DNA from: Candidatus Nanoarchaeia archaeon
GTDB taxonomy: Archaea; Nanobdellota; Nanobdellia; Woesearchaeales; SKIA01
NCBI GenBank assembly: GCA_028279685.1
Contig: JANQNG010000051.1
Span: 9-64,008, forward strand
DNA length: 64,000 nt
Reading direction: 5' to 3'
Position numbers and translations under genes: made by a program. Under the pieces are notes generated by a model. That model saw only the letters and a program-made list of their open reading frames with translations, made no database searches and was not told where the DNA came from. Shown piece after piece: positions 49,158 through 58,977 of the stretch (the first letter of the stretch is position 1; each line of letters begins with the position of its first letter).

Positions 49158-50425
49158 AAAAAATGAAGAAGTTATTGTATGTGCTACTCATGTTGTTTGT
49201 TGTGCCCTTTGTTCTTGGCGCAAATAACCCGTATCTCGGTTCTGCGATTGCAGGTAGTAATCTTGATGTCTACTTGATAAGCCAAGATCCAAATCCTGTC
49301 GAGCCTGGCGATTATGTAGAACTCAGATTCCGTGCAGAGAATTTTGGATCAATGAAAATGGAAGATGTCAGTTTTGAGATCATACCTGAATATCCTTTTT
49401 CACTTGATGAATCAGAATCTGCTGTGAAAAATGTTGGACAAATTGATCCAAGACAGAAAGACGAAGACGCTGTCATCTTACTCTGGAAATTAAGAGTGGA
49501 CGAAAACGCTGTTGAAGGCACAAACGAAATTGAACTGAAATACTTCGTTCAGGGAGAAGAAAAAGTCAAACTTGATGAGTTTGAGGTAGAAGTTAAAGGA
49601 TTCCAGAGCATATTAGCTGTAGAATCCATCAATGTACTTCCTGAAAATAAAGTACCAGGACAACCTGCAACAACAATTATTACATTGAAAAATGTAGCTG
49701 ATTCTGTAATTAAGAATATCAAAGTAAAGCTAGATATCGATGACACTGATTTTGCTGTTGTGGGTTCATCAGCAGAAAAGATTATAAGAAGCATCAACTC
49801 TCAAGAAACAGAACAAGTGAGCTTCGATATTATCTCTGCTGCTGCCACGGAATCAAAAACACACAGTATTCCTTTAGAGATTGAGTATATGGACGAAGAT
49901 GGAACTGCTTTTTCTATCTCATCGAGCTTTGGTATCAAAATCTATGATCCCCCAAGCTACATTCTGACCTTGGATGAATCAACAGTAAAAACCCCTGGAA
50001 GTAATGGCAATATTGTGGTGAGTATCTCAAATATTGGACAGTCAGATATCAATTTCTTGACGGTTGAATTGCTCGAGAGTGACCAATATGAGATCCTTTC
50101 GCCAACAAGCGTTATGTATTTAGGAAATCTAGAAAGCGATGATTTTGAGACTGCTGACTATACTATCCACGTAAAAGGCGAATCAGTTGGAGATATTCCT
50201 CTGAAACTCAAACTTAACTATAAGGATAGCTATAATAAAATCTTCAGCGAAGAGCAAGAAGTGACATTGCATGTTTATCCTAAACAAGAGGCAATGGCTT
50301 ATGGTCTTGTACCAAAACCAAATTTCACCACCACTATTATCTTTGTGTTAATTATTGGTGCAATTGTGTTTTACTTCGTGCGAAGAAATATTAAAAGAAA
50401 GAAAGCGCTGCAAAAAAAGCGCTGA
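49154..50425 (+). CDS. COG1361 S-layer-like protein
   Basis: QDPNPVEPG, Ig-like repeats, C-terminal TM; typical context with MacB-type ABC genes. Confidence 0.85.
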   Translation: MKKMKKLLYVLLMLFVVPFVLGANNPYLGSAIAGSNLDVYLISQDPNPVEPGDYVELRFRAENFGSMKMEDVSFEIIPEYPFSLDESESAVKNVGQIDPRQKDEDAVILLWKLRVDENAVEGTNEIELKYFVQGEEKVKLDEFEVEVKGFQSILAVESINVLPENKVPGQPATTIITLKNVADSVIKNIKVKLDIDDTDFAVVGSSAEKIIRSINSQETEQVSFDIISAAATESKTHSIPLEIEYMDEDGTAFSISSSFGIKIYDPPSYILTLDESTVKTPGSNGNIVVSISNIGQSDINFLTVELLESDQYEILSPTSVMYLGNLESDDFETADYTIHVKGESVGDIPLKLKLNYKDSYNKIFSEEQEVTLHVYPKQEAMAYGLVPKPNFTTTIIFVLIIGAIVFYFVRRNIKRKKALQKKR

Positions 50426-50456
50426 TTTTTTTCTTTTTATTATATGAGGTAGTACC

Positions 50457-51671
50457 ATGTTGAAAGACGATATCAGTTTTGTCTGGAAGAATTTTAAATC
50501 CAGAAAACTACGTAGTTACTTGACTATGCTAGGTATCGTCATAGGCGTTGCTGCCATTGTTGCATTAATTGGATTAGGAGACGGATTAAGGGCTGGTATT
50601 ACTGCACAATTTAATCTTCTCGGACCTAACACTATTACTATTTCTGGAACATCAGGACAAGCGAACGGGCCTCCTGGTGCTGGAGTGGTTACTCCTTTAC
50701 GAGATAAATATATTGATCGCATTTCTGCAATGAATGGTGTTGAATGGGTTGTTGGAAGAAATATCAAAACAGCTAGAATTATGTACAATGATCAATTGCA
50801 GATAAAATATTTAGGAACTTATCCAGATGGAGAATTTAGGAAAGATTTTTACGAAGCACTTAATCTTGATGTAGAAAAAGGCCGTATGCTCCAGGACGGA
50901 GATGTTGGTAAAGTTGTTTTAGGATCAAATTATCTCGACAAAGAGAAATTTGGCAAAGAGATACGAGTTGGATCAAACATCCTTGTTAACGATAAAAAAT
51001 TTCAAGTTGTTGGATTCTTAAAAAAGAAAGGAAGTTTTATCACTGATGATACCATCGGTATGAATCCTGATGACTTGAGAGATATGTATGATTTAGATGA
51101 CGAATTAGAAGCTATTGTTGTCAATGCCAAAGAAGGTTATAATTTAAATACCCTTGAAGCAGCAATCGAAAGATATCTTCGAAAAGAACGAGACGTCAAA
51201 GAAGGAGAAGAAGACTTTAGTGTCGAAACAGCTGCAGCCAGACTAGAAAGCATGGAAAGCACACTATTAGCAGTGCAGATATTCGTGTATATTGTTGCAG
51301 GCATTTCATTATTAGTTGGAGGTATAGGCATAGGCAATAGCATGTATACCTCTGTTATCGAAAGAACAAAACAAATAGGCATCATGAAAGCAATAGGCGC
51401 AAGAAACAGCCAAATATTTAAACTTTTTTTCATAGAGTCAGGCATGCTCGGTCTTATAGGAGGAGGAATAGGCGCATTTATAGGCTTCCTTATGGCATTA
51501 GCAGCAACATCAATCATGAATAACTTCCTTGGACTTGAGGTGAGTTCTGGCTTGACTATTGCACATATTCTTGGCGCGTTGCTATTTTCGTTCAGTATAG
51601 GAGTCATATCCGGCTTTGCACCCGCTTATCTCGCAGCAAAGCTCCATCCTGTGGAGGCAATGAGGGACTAA
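50457..51671 (+). CDS. ABC permease (MacB/FtsX)
   Basis: RSYLTMLGIVIG, ERTKQIGIMKAIGA. Confidence 0.94.
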   Translation: MLKDDISFVWKNFKSRKLRSYLTMLGIVIGVAAIVALIGLGDGLRAGITAQFNLLGPNTITISGTSGQANGPPGAGVVTPLRDKYIDRISAMNGVEWVVGRNIKTARIMYNDQLQIKYLGTYPDGEFRKDFYEALNLDVEKGRMLQDGDVGKVVLGSNYLDKEKFGKEIRVGSNILVNDKKFQVVGFLKKKGSFITDDTIGMNPDDLRDMYDLDDELEAIVVNAKEGYNLNTLEAAIERYLRKERDVKEGEEDFSVETAAARLESMESTLLAVQIFVYIVAGISLLVGGIGIGNSMYTSVIERTKQIGIMKAIGARNSQIFKLFFIESGMLGLIGGGIGAFIGFLMALAATSIMNNFLGLEVSSGLTIAHILGALLFSFSIGVISGFAPAYLAAKLHPVEAMRD

Positions 51672-51672
51672 C

Positions 51673-52881
51673 ATGATCAAAGATTATCTAAAATATGCGT
51701 GGAACAATATTATGCAGAGAAAAGTACGAACATTTCTCAACATATTATCTATTCTCATAGGTATTGCTGCAGTATTCGCATTAGTAAGTTTCTCCGAAGG
51801 TCTTGAATGGTATGTACAGGATAATTTTGAAAAATTAGGCGGAGACAAAGTCATCGTCTTTCAAAAAGGAGGAATTGGCGAAGACAATAACGTTATGATC
51901 AGTGATCAGGATTTCAACTTCTTAAAAAAACAAAACGATATCATTGAAGCTACCGGATTCAAATTCAAAAGCGCAGAAATAACATTCAAAAAGGAAAGAG
52001 AGATACCTTGGATTATTGGCCTTGAAACTGCTCCGGAAGATGTCAGAATGCTCGAGGACATGTCTGGCATTGAGATTATGGAAGGCAGAGCACTCAAAGA
52101 AGGAGACAAACTTAATGTCGTCTTAGGTTATAGATACACAAAATCAAATGATATTTTCAAGAAAAGAATAAAACTAAACGACAATATCGAAATAGGAAAT
52201 ATTTCCTTAGACGTTATAGGGTTTTACGATAAAGTCGGTAATCCTGACGATGACAGAAATGTCTATGTGTCCATGGACGGCTATGAATCGCTCTTCCCTG
52301 ACGACGAAAGCTACACGCAGCTTATTGGTCAAGTAGCTCCTAGAGTTGATCCTGGTGCATTTGCAGAGAAGTTTGAAGAGAAATTCAGAAAATTCAGAAA
52401 CCAAAAAGAAGGTCAAGAAGATTTCACCGTTGATTCAGTAGAAGATCTAATGGAAACATTCAACAATATATTAGGTATATTGCAAGGAGTATTGATGGGC
52501 ATAGTACTTATTTCTGTCTTGGTCGCCACCGTAAATATTATGAACACTATGTTCACCGCTGTGCTCGAACGTACACAAGAAATAGGTGTTATGAAAGCTA
52601 TAGGAGCAGAAAACAACACCATTATGCTAGTCTTTTTGATTGAATCATCTATTATAGGTTTTATGGGTAGTGCTGCTGGAGTACTTATTGGATGGATGCT
52701 TGCAAGCATGGGAGGAAGTGTTCTTGTAGCGCTGAATTATGATATGCTTAAACCTATATTCCCCTTCTGGCTAATAGCTTCTTGTTTGATAGCAGGAACA
52801 CTAGTGGGAACTGTTGCAGGATTAATGCCTGCACGCAGAGCTAGTTTGTTAAAACCTGTAGATAGTCTCAGATATGAATAA
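51673..52881 (+). CDS. ABC permease (MacB/FtsX)
   Basis: ERTQEIGVMKAIGA, PVDSLRYE. Confidence 0.94.
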   Translation: MIKDYLKYAWNNIMQRKVRTFLNILSILIGIAAVFALVSFSEGLEWYVQDNFEKLGGDKVIVFQKGGIGEDNNVMISDQDFNFLKKQNDIIEATGFKFKSAEITFKKEREIPWIIGLETAPEDVRMLEDMSGIEIMEGRALKEGDKLNVVLGYRYTKSNDIFKKRIKLNDNIEIGNISLDVIGFYDKVGNPDDDRNVYVSMDGYESLFPDDESYTQLIGQVAPRVDPGAFAEKFEEKFRKFRNQKEGQEDFTVDSVEDLMETFNNILGILQGVLMGIVLISVLVATVNIMNTMFTAVLERTQEIGVMKAIGAENNTIMLVFLIESSIIGFMGSAAGVLIGWMLASMGGSVLVALNYDMLKPIFPFWLIASCLIAGTLVGTVAGLMPARRASLLKPVDSLRYE

Positions 52882-52883
52882 TT

Positions 52884-53402
52884 TCAAATCGTCATACGAA
52901 CATAAAGTTGTTTATCAGAAACTCTATATGATTGTTCATTCTCAATTGTTCTGCGAATACTCTCTTTAATTTCTCTCTTCGATTCCTCTCTACCTTTAGA
53001 AGTATTCATCATTCCCGCAGTAATCTCAGCCCTCAAATCAATCTCTTCCAGACGGTGTTTAGTCATCTTTTTCCCAGCACTGAACAACATTTCGTATTTT
53101 TCATATTCTTTAGAAGCTAATTCATAAGATCTAGCACATTTGAACGCTCCGTGATGCAGAGACATCACATCATTACCAAATTCTTTTCCCATTTCAATAG
53201 CATCCTCAAAACTCGTTTTACTCGCATAGACTACATTATCAACCCATACAAGATAATACTCATTACACATATTATGATTACCTAACTCTAAAGAAACAGT
53301 ATCTAACTTTTCATTTGTTTTCTTCAATCTTTGTTCTAGAGATTCTTTTGCTTTCCCTTCGGAATCACCCATACCAAAAACATATGCAACATTATTAGAC
53401 AT
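52884..53402 (-). CDS. Hypothetical protein
   Basis: ORF starting MSNNVAYVFG. Confidence 0.65.
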   Translation of the reverse strand: MSNNVAYVFGMGDSEGKAKESLEQRLKKTNEKLDTVSLELGNHNMCNEYYLVWVDNVVYASKTSFEDAIEMGKEFGNDVMSLHHGAFKCARSYELASKEYEKYEMLFSAGKKMTKHRLEEIDLRAEITAGMMNTSKGREESKREIKESIRRTIENEQSYRVSDKQLYVRMTI

Positions 53403-53494
53403 CTTAATAATTTTCAAAATCAATCTCTTATAAAACTTTGCATGTTTTTTTATAAATTAATAAAGCATTTAAATAAGAAATATATCAAGAACAA

Positions 53495-54589
53495 ATGACA
53501 CTTGGTATTATTGGAGCAGGACCTGCTGGAAGTTTTTTAGGAGCAAAAATAGGTTGGGATAAAAGTATTATTTTTGATGGTAAACCAAAAATAGGCTCAC
53601 CTATACAATGTACAGGGATTATCACAGATTCAATCTACAGAGTTATTGATGAGATTCCTGATAATGTTATTGTGAATCATATTGATACTTTTAGAATCTT
53701 TGCTCCCGATGGAAAAAGTATTGATGTTGATTTAGATAAAGAAAACATCATTTTACATAGAGGAAAATTTGATCAGCATATTGCAAAACTAGCAAAAGAT
53801 AATGGAACACCCATTAAACTTAATCATCAATTGAAAGGTTGGAAAAAGAAAAATAACAAATACAGATTGTTGTTTACTAACGGAAAACATCATGATGTTG
53901 ATTATCTTGTGGGTGCTGACGGCCCCCATAGTATTGTTGCAAAAAAAGCTAATATGTATGGAGAACGAGAAATACTTCCAGGCATACAAGCAAGAGTACG
54001 AATAAAAAAACAAAGCCAGAAATTCGATAAGAATGTTACTCAGATTCTCTTCGGTTTAGGTGAGTTTTCTTGGATTGTTCCTGAATCATCGACTATCGCA
54101 AGAATCGGCATCATTGGAAAAAATACCAAACATTTCAATCTGAAGAAAGCATTTGATAATTTAGCTGAACCCTACAAACACCTTGAGTATCAGTCGGGGC
54201 AAATTCCTATGTACAATCCAAAACAGAAATTACAGCAAGACAATATTGCATTAATTGGTGATGCTGCCACACAAGTCAAAGCAACGACGTATGGAGGTAT
54301 TACTTACGGGATGCTTTCTGCTACCTACCTTGGAGATCAATGGGAAGGATATGAGAAGAAATTCAATTCAAAATTAGGCAAAGATCTTTGGATATCTCTG
54401 AAAATGCGAGAAGTGTTGAATAAATTCTCTGAAAAAGAATGTGATGAACTCCTAGAGATTTTTAGAAAAGAAGGCAACAAAGAAATCCTCGAGAAAATGG
54501 ACAGGAACTTTCCCTCTAAATTCATTCTAAAATTGCTGATGAAAGAAACAAAACTTTGGAAGTATGGGTTTAAGCTATTCAGGAAATAG
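53495..54589 (+). CDS. Geranylgeranyl reductase family FAD oxidoreductase
   Basis: IIGAGPAG, QCTG, GADG, WIVP, GDAA.QVK..T.GGI. Confidence 0.9.
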   Translation: MTLGIIGAGPAGSFLGAKIGWDKSIIFDGKPKIGSPIQCTGIITDSIYRVIDEIPDNVIVNHIDTFRIFAPDGKSIDVDLDKENIILHRGKFDQHIAKLAKDNGTPIKLNHQLKGWKKKNNKYRLLFTNGKHHDVDYLVGADGPHSIVAKKANMYGEREILPGIQARVRIKKQSQKFDKNVTQILFGLGEFSWIVPESSTIARIGIIGKNTKHFNLKKAFDNLAEPYKHLEYQSGQIPMYNPKQKLQQDNIALIGDAATQVKATTYGGITYGMLSATYLGDQWEGYEKKFNSKLGKDLWISLKMREVLNKFSEKECDELLEIFRKEGNKEILEKMDRNFPSKFILKLLMKETKLWKYGFKLFRK

Positions 54590-54971
54590 AATACTCTGCA
54601 TCGTTTTTGTATACGATTTGCCCATTCCAAATCTCTGGTTTTTCTCGTAGTCTCTTTCTCTTTTGCTTAAACCATTCTTTGTCAAAATAATTAGGATTCA
54701 AGAATATAGTAGCCCCTTTATGTTCTCTTTGAAAAGTAAGTATCTTATCTGCCTCTTGTCTTGTATGAATGCCATATCCTTCTATTTTTCCGTGAGGCAA
54801 AGGATATCCCCAAGCACATATAACACATTCTTCTCCTAATTCCTTTTCAGCTTGCAACAACTTTTCTTCTATAGACATAACATAGGGCGCATCTCTCGAC
54901 ATTCGTAAATTTTGAGATATATCTATCTTATTTCTCTCGGTATAAATCTCATATATATTCATTTTTTCCAT
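54579..54971 (-). CDS. Hypothetical protein, paralog of 41477-41854
   Basis: Same conserved motifs as the paralog. Confidence 0.8.
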   Translation of the reverse strand: MEKMNIYEIYTERNKIDISQNLRMSRDAPYVMSIEEKLLQAEKELGEECVICAWGYPLPHGKIEGYGIHTRQEADKILTFQREHKGATIFLNPNYFDKEWFKQKRKRLREKPEIWNGQIVYKNDAEYSIS

Positions 54972-55047
54972 ACTAAAAGCAGAGTTAAAGAAGTATATAA
55001 TTATTGTGAATTCAGAATATTCTATTTAAATAGAACATGGATTTAAA

Positions 55048-56133
55048 CTATTCAAATGAAGTATTATGTTCTGTAACTGAAAATGGTTCATCAAGCTTTG
55101 CCATATGCGCTGCTATTTCAAGAACATAGTTCTTCGTTTCCTTGAAAGGTATGCTCTCAATAGTTCCATCCCATATGTCATCATTTATCCATTCAGTGAC
55201 ATTACCATAGCCCGCATTATAGAGCGCATCTTGTAGCCTTATGTCATTGATTATTTCTGGCTTATCAGGGTATTTTTTTTGAAATGACTTTATCCCCCAA
55301 TTCATAGCATAGGTTCCCCAAGCAATATTAGATCGAGGGTGATAAGGGTTCTTAATTCCCCAGGATTTTGGATTGATCTGCATCAATCCTTTGCATCCTT
55401 TTCTTGATGTAACACCAGGTCTTCCTTCAGATTCTGTCTCAATTTTTGCTATAATCCATTTCTGAGAAAGATCATGCTTCTTGCTAAAATAATCAATATG
55501 CATTTTGTATTTGGATACCCATGGAAAATGCTGCGTTGCATGATTATAATCATAATTTTCTATGTACGTATAATTCTGCAGATTGCAATCAAAATCCTCA
55601 ACAGCATTAAGATATTTCTCCCAAGCAGGAATAATCTTAATAGGTTCCTCTTGTATATTTTTTTCAATTCCTCGAACATCTTTTGGTTTTATGAAATTAG
55701 CACCAACTTGTGTTACGGTAACTCCTAAAAGTATAGAAAGTGCAATAGAAGCATATTTCACTGTCTTCGGAATAGTTTTCTTCGCTTTTTCTATTCCAAA
55801 AGACACATCGTCACACATATCAGAAAGTTCCATAAAATCAGACCATGTTTTGATAACACTTTTATCTTCATGGTTATTATCAGCATACCATTGCCAACAA
55901 AGATCATTCATTCTAGAAAGAAATTTTTTCTCTTCTGGAGTCATTCTTAATTTTTCTATTGTTCTATTAATCTTTTGGAAACCATTAAACTCATTTCCGT
56001 TAATGCCACAATATAAATCAATGAACCTACTTATCTTACGTATACTTAACCCATCTAAACTCTCTATGCCTAGTGCTCTCGCAGCATAGGCCACTCTTTT
56101 TCTCTTTTTTGCTGATTGAACACCTACTACCAT
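55048..56133 (-). CDS. Membrane-anchored lytic transglycosylase (SLT domain)
   Basis: IETES, GLMQI, NI.WG..Y, YNAGYGNV, PFKETKNYV; central TM helix. Confidence 0.88.
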   Translation of the reverse strand: MVVGVQSAKKRKRVAYAARALGIESLDGLSIRKISRFIDLYCGINGNEFNGFQKINRTIEKLRMTPEEKKFLSRMNDLCWQWYADNNHEDKSVIKTWSDFMELSDMCDDVSFGIEKAKKTIPKTVKYASIALSILLGVTVTQVGANFIKPKDVRGIEKNIQEEPIKIIPAWEKYLNAVEDFDCNLQNYTYIENYDYNHATQHFPWVSKYKMHIDYFSKKHDLSQKWIIAKIETESEGRPGVTSRKGCKGLMQINPKSWGIKNPYHPRSNIAWGTYAMNWGIKSFQKKYPDKPEIINDIRLQDALYNAGYGNVTEWINDDIWDGTIESIPFKETKNYVLEIAAHMAKLDEPFSVTEHNTSFE

Positions 56134-56239
56134 CCTCTCCAGGACCAATTTCCCCTTTATAAAGCTTACTATTTTTACCACTACTTAATAGTGTTGAGTT
56201 AAGCAATGTTTTTTAAAGAATCAGAGGCTCTCCTAACTA

Positions 56240-56509
56240 ATGACGTATAATCAGGAGCTCGAAAAAGCCATAGTTGAGATCAAAGAGAGCAGAGCAAAAA
56301 GAGCCTGTATTCAGCTACCAGATGGGATGAAACCTCTAGCAAAAGAGATAGTCGATGCTCTTAAAACACAAACTAATGCTGAGATCATTATATGGTTAGG
56401 CAGCAATTTCGGAGCATGTGATATTCCACTAAGTCTGGAATCATTAGGAATTGATCTTTTACTCTCTTGGGGCCATAGCTCTTTTCGAAAGAAGGAGGGA
56501 TGGTCATGA
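56240..56509 (+). CDS. dph2: Dph2 N-terminal domain (split gene, part 1)
   Basis: IQLPDGMK, FGACD, WGHS. Confidence 0.85.
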   Translation: MTYNQELEKAIVEIKESRAKRACIQLPDGMKPLAKEIVDALKTQTNAEIIIWLGSNFGACDIPLSLESLGIDLLLSWGHSSFRKKEGWS

Positions 56510-57243
56510 AAATAAGATTCTTGGAAGCACCTTATGATGGTGAAGTAAAACTTTGCAAAGACACATTAGATTATCTTAAAGAAAACAATATCAAAACAAT
56601 AGGACTGTATGCATCCATACAATTTGCAAAACAACTTAACGCAGTAAAAGAACAACTTAAAAATTTCAACGTAATCACCTCACAACCTGACAGAACAACT
56701 GAACAGCATCAATTACTAGGATGTGACTGCTTCAACGGAAATCTGAACTTGAAAGAAAACGTTGATTGCTTCCTCTATATTGGAGATGGAAAATTCCAAC
56801 CATTAGCATTAGTATATGGGCAAAAAGATGCAAAAGAATTCATTCCTGTTGTCTGTAATGATCCTATAACTAATTCTATGACTCTACTCTATATTAATCA
56901 TGTTCAGAAAATTATGAAGGCATATAAAGCGAGTCTTATGAAATTCTTGACAGCAAAAACTATAGGCATTATTGTTTCTGTGAAGCAAGGACAACAGCAA
57001 TACAAAGCAAGTAAAGCAATAGAAGCCATATATCCTGACAAGCAGTTCTATTATTTTGTTGATGATGATATTTCATTCGGTCAATTAGAGAATTTTCCAT
57101 TCGTTGAAACCTGGGTGAATACTGCCTGCCCAAGAATAGGATTCGATGATCAGCAGCAGTTTTCAAAAGGAGTGATTAATTTGAGTGATGCACTGCAAGC
57201 AAATGATCTTCTTAGCAAAGCATCTCTTATGAATACCCTATAA
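56506..57243 (+). CDS. dph2: Dph2 C-terminal domains (split gene, part 2)
   Basis: QLLGC, GDGKF, SVKQGQ, NTACPRI..DD. Confidence 0.88.
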   Translation: MKIRFLEAPYDGEVKLCKDTLDYLKENNIKTIGLYASIQFAKQLNAVKEQLKNFNVITSQPDRTTEQHQLLGCDCFNGNLNLKENVDCFLYIGDGKFQPLALVYGQKDAKEFIPVVCNDPITNSMTLLYINHVQKIMKAYKASLMKFLTAKTIGIIVSVKQGQQQYKASKAIEAIYPDKQFYYFVDDDISFGQLENFPFVETWVNTACPRIGFDDQQQFSKGVINLSDALQANDLLSKASLMNTL

Positions 57244-57283
57244 TTTTCATAACAATTTTATATAAGCTCATCCTGAATTACCT

Positions 57284-57670
57284 ATGCACCTCACAGCAAT
57301 TAAGATATTATCACTCATAGGTTTCTTATTATCTTTCTACGCACTTTATATTGAGCATAAGCTCAAAACAACAAAACATTACAAGCCGTTGTGCGATTTT
57401 AATCCATTGTTTTCCTGTGCTGCAATCTACAGGAGCAAATACGGTTCCTTTTTCGGATTCCCAAATTCCTCTTTTGCTATGATCTACTATTTCCTTATTT
57501 TTACTATGGCAACAATGAATTCTTCATTACTTCCTCTATTAATTATAGCAGGAACAATAGCAACAATGTATCTTGCTTATCTCTTATTCGTGAAACTCAA
57601 GAAGATCTGCCTTATCTGTACTTCCTGTTACATCATCAACGTTATCATTCTCATTCTTGTCATAATCTAA
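57284..57670 (+). CDS. Vitamin K epoxide reductase family protein
   Basis: CD.....SC....S.YG..FG.PNS, CLIC. Confidence 0.9.
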   Translation: MHLTAIKILSLIGFLLSFYALYIEHKLKTTKHYKPLCDFNPLFSCAAIYRSKYGSFFGFPNSSFAMIYYFLIFTMATMNSSLLPLLIIAGTIATMYLAYLLFVKLKKICLICTSCYIINVIILILVII

Positions 57671-57702
57671 ATGTTTATAAAATAGCGATATCTTAATCAT
57701 CT

Positions 57703-58215
57703 ATGACTGAAGTAGAAGCAAAAATTCTGGAAGTGGATAAAGAAAAACTTATTGAACAACTCAAATTATTAGGAGCTAAAGAAGTATTTGACGGCGAGAT
57801 TGATGCTCATTACTACGATACTCCTGATAGAATATTGAAAAAAGAGAAGAAAACATTACGTCTGCGAAAAGAAGGAGACCAAGCAGTACTCACCTCAAAA
57901 AAATCAATCAACAGAGACAAAGCAAAAATAGAAGAAGAATATGAGATTGAAATGAATGACTTCGAAGAAACAGAAAAAATACTGAACAATATAGGATTTG
58001 TAGAATTCGCACAGCAACCAAAACACAGAACCTCTTTGCATCTTGGAAATATCTGTTTTGAATTCGATACACTTCCAGGAATACCTACTTTTCTAGAGAT
58101 TGAAGCACCTACTATCGAAGATATCGAACAGTATACAAAGAAACTTGGCTTCAAGAAAGAAGATCTTAAACCCTGGACAGGAAAAGATGTATTGAAACAT
58201 TATAAGAAAGCATAA
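57703..58215 (+). CDS. cyaB: CYTH / class IV adenylate cyclase family protein
   Basis: EVEAK, YYD, LRLR, FLEIE. Confidence 0.9.
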   Translation: MTEVEAKILEVDKEKLIEQLKLLGAKEVFDGEIDAHYYDTPDRILKKEKKTLRLRKEGDQAVLTSKKSINRDKAKIEEEYEIEMNDFEETEKILNNIGFVEFAQQPKHRTSLHLGNICFEFDTLPGIPTFLEIEAPTIEDIEQYTKKLGFKKEDLKPWTGKDVLKHYKKA

Positions 58216-58289
58216 GATTTTCATCAAAATATCAACAAGTAGATTCTTCAGGTTCAGGCAAACATCCCAAGGGGTTCGCAACATAGATC

Positions 58290-58697
58290 TTATCTTTCAT
58301 CCCAAACATATGCAATTAAGAAGCATTCTTTCAGATTACATTCAAGAATGGATATAGATTGTTTTCTAAATATTTTTCCTATTGAAAATTGAGATATACT
58401 TTCAAGAAGTGCAATATTTTGTTCAATTATATCTTTGATAATTTTTGAATGTTTTCTCTTGAAATTAAGTTTTAATTTGTAAAATTCTTCATTTTTTATT
58501 TTGTAGGTTGTGTCAGCCTTAAAAAGGCCACCAGTATGCATTATTTTATCTAATAATTGTACATTTTCTTTTTTTAGTTCAAGCACATGAATAATTTTAT
58601 TATCTGTTTCAATTGATACTTCTTTATCTGCAAGACTCAAAGAAAGTTCAAGCTCCTTGCTATTTGTTGTATAAATCTCTGTTTTGTTTTCACCCAT
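58290..58697 (-). CDS. Hypothetical protein (AT-rich)
   Basis: 135-aa ORF divergent from the RHH gene. Confidence 0.6.
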   Translation of the reverse strand: MGENKTEIYTTNSKELELSLSLADKEVSIETDNKIIHVLELKKENVQLLDKIMHTGGLFKADTTYKIKNEEFYKLKLNFKRKHSKIIKDIIEQNIALLESISQFSIGKIFRKQSISILECNLKECFLIAYVWDER

Positions 58698-58710
58698 ATT
58701 ACTTTTCTCT

Positions 58711-58766
58711 TTGCTGTATATATGGCTTTCATTTATAATATATAAATGTTTTGCTGTATATATGGC
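58711..58766. repeat. 16-bp direct repeat TTGCTGTATATATGGC (58711-58726, 58751-58766), possible operator
   Basis: Exact repeat with 40-bp period in the divergent promoter. Confidence 0.75.
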
Positions 58767-58902
58767 AAAACCTGTTAGGCAGATAACCTTTAGAGTTCCA
58801 AAGAAAATGTGGGAAGATTTTACAATTAAAACTGTAAAAGAAGGAATGAATAAAACAAAGGCCTTGATAAGCCTTATTGAAAAATATCTTAAAAATAAAT
58901 AA
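58762..58902 (+). CDS. Ribbon-helix-helix DNA-binding protein (46 aa)
   Basis: RQITFRVP strand followed by two helices. Confidence 0.75.
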   Translation: MAKPVRQITFRVPKKMWEDFTIKTVKEGMNKTKALISLIEKYLKNK

Positions 58903-58977
58903 TTTTCTGATTTTTCGAGAAACCTTCAGTTCAACTAGGATTTAGTTTAGGAGCATTCCCTTTAAAATTTTATCACT

